Below, one piece after another: positions 57,424 through 64,000 of a stretch of 64,000 nt of DNA (positions within the stretch are counted from its first letter, which is position 1; the number at the start of each line of letters is the position of its first letter). The translations under genes and the position numbers were made by a program. A model generated the notes under the pieces. It was not told the DNA's origin and ran no database searches. It worked only from the letters and a program-made list of their open reading frames with translations. The DNA is from Eledone cirrhosa (taxonomy: Eukaryota): NCBI GenBank assembly GCA_964016885.1, contig OZ024760.1, forward strand, positions 23,064,001 to 23,128,000, written 5' to 3'.

Positions 57424-57894
57424 AATAAAGATTCAGCGAGAATCGCATTTTCGGCGGGCAGGAAAAGCGAAGCGAAACGCAAAAATCCGAAATGATACTG
57501 GCAAAGTGCTCAATAGTTAAAAACCAGAGCTAAACATTGTGTTAAGAAGCCATACAAAACTGAAAAGGTGGTCATGAAAGCATTAACCACCCATATATCC
57601 AAAATTTGAAGCTACAGTTAAACTTTAATTAGTTACCTAACTAGCTATGTGTGATTACACACTTTACAAATTATCCCCTGTGATTGTTTCATGGGTTTAT
57701 TTTAAATAAATATATATATGTCAATCCATTTCTACTTGATATATATATATATATATATACGGCTGGCGAGTCTACTTTTGTGTCAGAGCGAAAAATAGCA
57801 AAACAAAAACAACAGATATGAAACACGCTTCAAATTCAAACAAAATCTAAGTGAATAAATCACAACATGAAATCAACATGAAATCAACAAGAAA

Positions 57895-57895
57895 A

Positions 57896-57931
<36 letters not shown>

Positions 57932-57982
57932 ATACTACTACTACTACTACTACTGCTGCTGCTGATGTGGCTGCTGCTGCTG

Positions 57983-58028
<46 letters not shown>

Positions 58029-58661
58029 AATACCAAGAACAGCAACAACAGTAACATAATAAACTACAACAACTACAACGACAAAACCAACAACAATAAC
58101 CATAGCAATAACAATAACAGCTGCAGCAGAAACCACAACAACAACAACAGTAGCAAAAACCACAGCAGCAACAACAACACCAACAACAACAACAACAACA
58201 ATAGCAACAGCAACAACAACAGCAACAACAACAATAACAGCAGCAACAGAAACCACAACAACAACAACAGCAGAAGAAGAAACCACAACAACGACGACAA
58301 CAACAACAACACCAACAACAGCAGAAACCACCACAACAACAACAACAGCAACAACAACAGCAGCAGAAACCACAACAACGACGACAACAGCAACAACAAG
58401 AACTGCAGCAGAAACCACAACAACAACAACGACAACACCAACAACAGCTGCAGCAAAAACCACAACACCGACAACAGCAACAGCAACAACAACAGCAGCA
58501 TAAGCGACAACAACACCGACAACAGCAACAACAACAACAACAACAGCAGCAGAAACATCAACAACGACAACAACAACAGTTGCAGCAAAAAACCACAACA
58601 ACAACAACAACAACAACAGCAACAGTAACAACAACAGAAGCATAATCAGAAACCACAACGA

Positions 58662-58708
<47 letters not shown>

Positions 58709-58875
58709 GAAACCACAACAACAACGACAATAGTAACAACAACAGCACAACAACAACAACAACAGCAATTGCTTCGAATACGACGCCCACTACAAAACCG
58801 ACAACAGCAACAACAACAACAACACCAGCAGCAGCAGCAATAACAACAAAAACATCCAAACAAACAAACAAACAA
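57895..58875. repeat. (CTA)n followed by a cryptic (CAA/CAG)n array with a recurring GCAGAAACCACAACA motif
   Basis: Seen directly. Gives poly-V/poly-L minus ORFs and T/Q-rich plus frames. Confidence 0.85.
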
Positions 58876-59198
58876 AGACACTAACTAACAAAACAATACG
58901 TAACAACATTTGAATACATAAGAAATATATAGTATGAGAGTATAAACAAATACTGCAGAATAATAAACATATAAAACACATAAACTATAGCAAAATAAAC
59001 AAATGCAATATGGCGGATGGAAAATAAATACGATAGAAAATGACAAACAAAACAAGAACTTCCAGAATAAAACAATGGCTGTATTTAATGGCGTCTAACT
59101 TGTTTGATTCACATATTGTTCGGCATACTAGATCAATAAGGAGTATTTCGATATGCAGCCATATTGAATTACACTGTCTGCATATCTTTGTGTATAGT

Positions 59199-59300
<102 letters not shown>

Positions 59301-59393
59301 ATATATTATATGTATAGTACATATAAATATATATTATATATATATCTAGTACATATAAATATATATATATTATATATATATATATATAGGTAC

Positions 59394-59424
<31 letters not shown>

Positions 59425-59430
59425 ATATAG

Positions 59431-59546
<116 letters not shown>

Positions 59547-59846
59547 ATATCAATATGTATAAAATATAGTGCATATAAATATATATATGTATATGTATGT
59601 ATATATATGTATTTGCCATGTATAATACGAATTCGAAATGGAAAAAAAGACGGAGAGTAATCGTTTTGAAGTATGTTGGTTAGTAGTAGCATAGAGTTAG
59701 ACTGCTTTAAAGTTCTATGTCTCTCTCTCTATATATATATATATGTGTGTAAATAGAGTTATACAGCAAAAATTATTCGTCTTAATGGACGAAAGTACGT
59801 AAGGCCACGATTATAATTCGATATTTAAGCTGCACGAGATTCTAGT

Positions 59847-59907
<61 letters not shown>

Positions 59908-60365
59908 GAAACACACAGATACATGCGGACACACACATATATACATGAATGCATCCGCACCCAACTGTGAGTTAAGGGTGCCAACTTCACCGATGTTGCT
60001 CAATGAATGACTGGGACAGACCAATTCAGTTGAACTAGACTGAACCAGTATCAGAGTTAAAAATACATTATGAAGAGAGAAGATACATTTAGATATAATT
60101 AGTAATAAAATGTATCATACCTAAACTGCTCCTATATATATATGTATGTATGTATGTATGTTTATTTACATATGTGTATATGAATATATTGTGGTTTTTA
60201 GAATAGGTACATCGTGTCACTGTGTGACTTATTCGTCAACAAAATGGTTGGCAACATGAAGAGTTTCCCGCTGTACATTATAATGCTATCATGAAACAAC
60301 TTGTATAAACCAAGCCAGACCAGACGTATACATACACACGCACACACACTTACACACATACACTA

Positions 60366-60426
<61 letters not shown>

Positions 60427-60575
60427 GTTCGGAAGAGATTGGTTTGGTAAACATAGGAATAACAGGAGCAGGCAGGAGAAAGTTCTCTACAATCATAGTT
60501 TGTGGTTGCGATGGAGATTCAGTTTAAGATAATGTAAACAATTTATGTAACATCGGCATCTTTCTTAATGTTATT

Positions 60576-60614
<39 letters not shown>

Positions 60615-60620
<6 letters not shown>

Positions 60621-60858
60621 AAGATCGGAATTAAGAGTATTCCGCAGTTCACTGTAATAATAATAATAGTATCAGCTCAAAGAAGAAATGGAGAATTTCC
60701 TTCTGAGCTCAAATGCAAGTATATATTACACAAAGAGAAGTGTGTTACACAGTGAGATGTGTGTAAAGAATTATATTCTATCCATTTCTTCTTTGAGCTA
60801 ATACTATTATTATTATTACAGTGAACTGCGGAATACTCTTAATTCCGATCTTTGTATA
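60615..60858. repeat. Inverted repeat with ~80-bp arms at a (TA)n edge
   Basis: TATACAAAGATCGGAATTAAGAGTATTCCGCAGTTCACTGTAATAA... / ...TTATTACAGTGAACTGCGGAATACTCTTAATTCCGATCTTTGTATA. Confidence 0.85.
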
Positions 60859-61282
60859 CTTAATGAGCTACAAATTGTTGAGCTAATAAATTCGAATGAT
60901 TGGGCTGCACATTCTAGCGTCTTCGCCAATCCATGACAGCCGTTATTTGATGCAAATAACACGTGATTTCGCCCTACTCTGGCCAGCGTGTCTATTAGCA
61001 ATCTCTCTATCCATGAGGTTAGATGTGTAGTGTTCACTGCTCGCATTTGCAGACTGTGGATCCTGTGACCTGATATACTTCACATATAAGTGGTGAAACG
61101 AAGCGAGATTCGTATCAGCAAAATATAGTTATAAGGTTTGTGATTTACAACTCTAATCCAGAGATTTGATTCTGAATTGGTTTTTTTTTCTATTTAATTG
61201 CTAACCTGTAGATATTGTTCTCTATACAGTAACGGTAAAAACACTCGTAATAATTCTTTACTATATATATATATATATATTA

Positions 61283-61505
61283 ATTTATTAAAATAACAGA
61301 TTAAAGTTTAAGCAAAGAATCGCTGCTTTCACCCTTAACGGGATCTTCTGAAACTCCAGTTTCAGAAGACCCATTTAAGGGTGAAAGCAGCGATTCTTTG
61401 CTTAAATTTTAATCTGTTATTTTAATAAATATTTGCATTACGGTTCTTATATATTTGATATATATTTATGATTATCGACCTCTCTTTGGATTTTAGTCTT
61501 CAAAT
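61283..61505. mobile_element. Family G palindromic element
   Basis: Arms meet at ~61356. Both carry CAGAAGA..CCC..GGGT-GAAA-GCAGCGATTCTTTGC-TT. Confidence 0.8.
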
Positions 61506-61629
61506 TTATTATCATTACTATATATATATATATATATATATATGACGTTATAAGCCCCTGATGTCTAAGTGGCAATAGACGAATTAAACACAACTCAGCT
61601 GTAGGGTACGATATGTTCTCTGCCAGTGT

Positions 61630-62872
61630 CCTGAAGTTGTGTTGACACCAACATGCATATCCTCTAGCTAAATTGCAGAGGAATACACTGAACGCAGGCT
61701 ATAGACCTGAAAATCCCCTGGCTAGTCTGTCGTCCCACTTTTCAAAACGGTCTTTGCATTGAATTACCGTCCGATATCACCCACCTCTCATATCATCAAA
61801 GCATTTGGGAATGTGGTGAGATCACGAATATCTCACTATATTAAAAATAAAAATCCACTGGACTCCAACCAATATGGATTCATTAATTGATGACACTGCC
61901 TAACGTAGCTTCTTTATCACCTTGATGGTATGTTAAGAGGGCTCCGACACTGATGTCATATACCTTGGTTTCAGCAAGGTATATGACAGGGTCGATCAAA
62001 ATATTCGTTTTAAAACACTATCCCCTCTTCAATATGCTATAGAACGAGGATGAATTCGAAAAAATCCCGTTTGGAAAGGAGGATGCACTGAAATTCCCAT
62101 ATTCCCTTCCTTCAGGTGAAACTCTCGTGTCGATCCACAACACCAGTGACTATGGAGTAACTGTCGATAACAACATAAGCTGGGCTACTCATATAAACAA
62201 CAAAGTTGATATATACGATGTCTTCCTGGATTCTCAGAGCTTTACAGTTGAGAGATATTTACACCTTTATCATTCTCTTATCTCCTTTTTCCTCGCCGCC
62301 CCTTGAATAATGTTCCCCATTGTAGTCTCTCCACACGAACTGAAAAATTGGGAAAATCAATCACAAAAAATATAGACGGCTTGACAGGTCTTGATTTTTG
62401 GGGTAGACTAGAAAAACTCAATTTCTAATCCCTCCAAAGACACAATTAACTCTAGATTATGTGCATGATGGAAAAATAATCCATCAACATTGCCCAAAAC
62501 AAGTTGGCATCATCTTTAACATAGGTACTTGGATCGCGTGCTATCCACCCACAACAAAGGTCAAGCTTGCATCTCTTACAAAATTACAGCACAATTATTA
62601 CACCTCAGCTTGCCCAACTCTCTTTAACATTACACCGATAAAAATGAATACAGAAACAGATCCTATGAAACGCAAAATACATTTTGGAAAATTCCTCCAA
62701 TAAATTCCGGATAAATTTCCTATATCCGGACCTATCTTCGAAACAATTAACTCACTGTTTGAGTTGGTCATGGTGTCCAAAAAATGAATTGAAAGGCTTT
62801 TCCAGGTGATGCAATAAAATTAAACATGGCCTTGCCCAATCCTGACCGAAACCTACCACAGTTATCAAAGTT
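61630..62872 (+). mobile_element. Heavily decayed CR1-like LINE (RT and 3' region)
   Basis: Fragments GSDTDVIYLGFSKVYDRVD, GVTVDNNISWATHINNKV, FWGRLEKLNF.SLQR and PTLFNI..KFLQ.IPD. Its 3' tail recurs at ~12300-12372. Confidence 0.7.
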
Positions 62873-62896
62873 TATATATACAGTATATATACAGTA

Positions 62897-62942
<46 letters not shown>

Positions 62943-63676
62943 CTCACTCTCTGTTTCTCCCCTTCTCACTTCCTCCCGTTTGGCTTGTAGTGGGTTCTCT
63001 TCTTGCTCACATCTCACTCACGTCGGACGGTCTGTACTCCGGTCGCTCATGAAATCCACACAGCTTATGCTGACCGAATAACCATGTTGCTTGTTTATTC
63101 CTATCTTTGCGTTGCTTTCATCCTTCTATGTTGTTTACTTGTCTCACTCGCTTTACGCGATTTACTTGTCCCAATAGCTTTATTTAGCTATTGCTCGCAC
63201 CAACCGGAGGTATATGATATTTAATGCGATGAAATACCAATGAAGGTTGGAAAATCACTGACGAAGGACTATTTTTATCATATGTAACCCATGTGCAACC
63301 ACGCAGTATTCTTCTTTCTTCTCATGTGTTTTATATATATATATATAAAATATAGAATTTGCTTCTAGAGGACTAGAACTGTTTCATGCGAAGGAAATCA
63401 TTAGTTCGAGTTCTATAGAAACCATTTCTATACAAAATATTTATACTCCGGCATGTATAGAGTATATTAAATACTGTGGTTACCCCTATTGAACCCGGGA
63501 TACACACTCACACACACACACGCACACAGACACATACACACGTACACACATGTATATATATATATATATAATTATATATATGTATACACAGCTCAAGAGT
63601 AACCAATCTTAAAGAAAAAGATGGAGATAGATAATGTCTTCCTTGTGAAATGTGTCGTCTTGTTTTGCTTAACTAA

Positions 63677-63770
<94 letters not shown>

Positions 63771-63872
63771 CGTGCATACATACAAGTCTTCATACACGGA
63801 TAAATAATTACACGTCTTACAAAACTTTCGGTGTATTTACAAAGACCGATTTCTATGAGAACGTCTGGAACA

Positions 63873-63960
<88 letters not shown>

Positions 63961-64000
63961 CGCGTGGGCATTTGTCTGTGTCTCTGTGGGTGTATACATC

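Noticed and set aside
57873-58881. 332-aa poly-V/L membrane protein or mucin-like exon
   Set aside because: Antisense reading of a CAA/CAG-rich cryptic repeat. The plus frames contain stops and no splice context was identified.

Overview
AT-rich eukaryotic (animal) DNA dominated by (TA)n, (CA)n, (GA)n, (TAA)n and (TTC)n microsatellites. The repeat landscape resembles a cephalopod/octopus genome (inference). Nearly all ORFs in the supplied track are microsatellite artefacts. Supportable content: (1) a complete 5-exon minus-strand host gene (43590->34991, 906 nt, 301 aa; all GT-AG introns with matching phases) encoding a secreted protein with a degenerate PAN/Apple-like module and a C-terminal domain of unknown function; (2) an apparently intact R4/Dong-type non-LTR retrotransposon (1216-aa RT + CCHC + restriction-like endonuclease ORF) inserted in (TAA)n in intron 1 of that gene; (3) decayed mariner, RTE, CR1-like and Tx1-like fragments, two tRNA-derived SINE families, MITE/foldback elements, and TE-derived tandem arrays (13 x 100 bp, 4 x 122 bp); (4) most strikingly, at least nine unrelated families of short non-coding inserts, mostly in (TA)n tracts, that carry type-I hammerhead ribozyme folds. 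These often have palindromic stem-III loops and often form back-to-back inverted pairs. They are best read as Penelope-like-element pseudo-LTR or retrozyme-like remnants. All folds were read by eye; none was computed.
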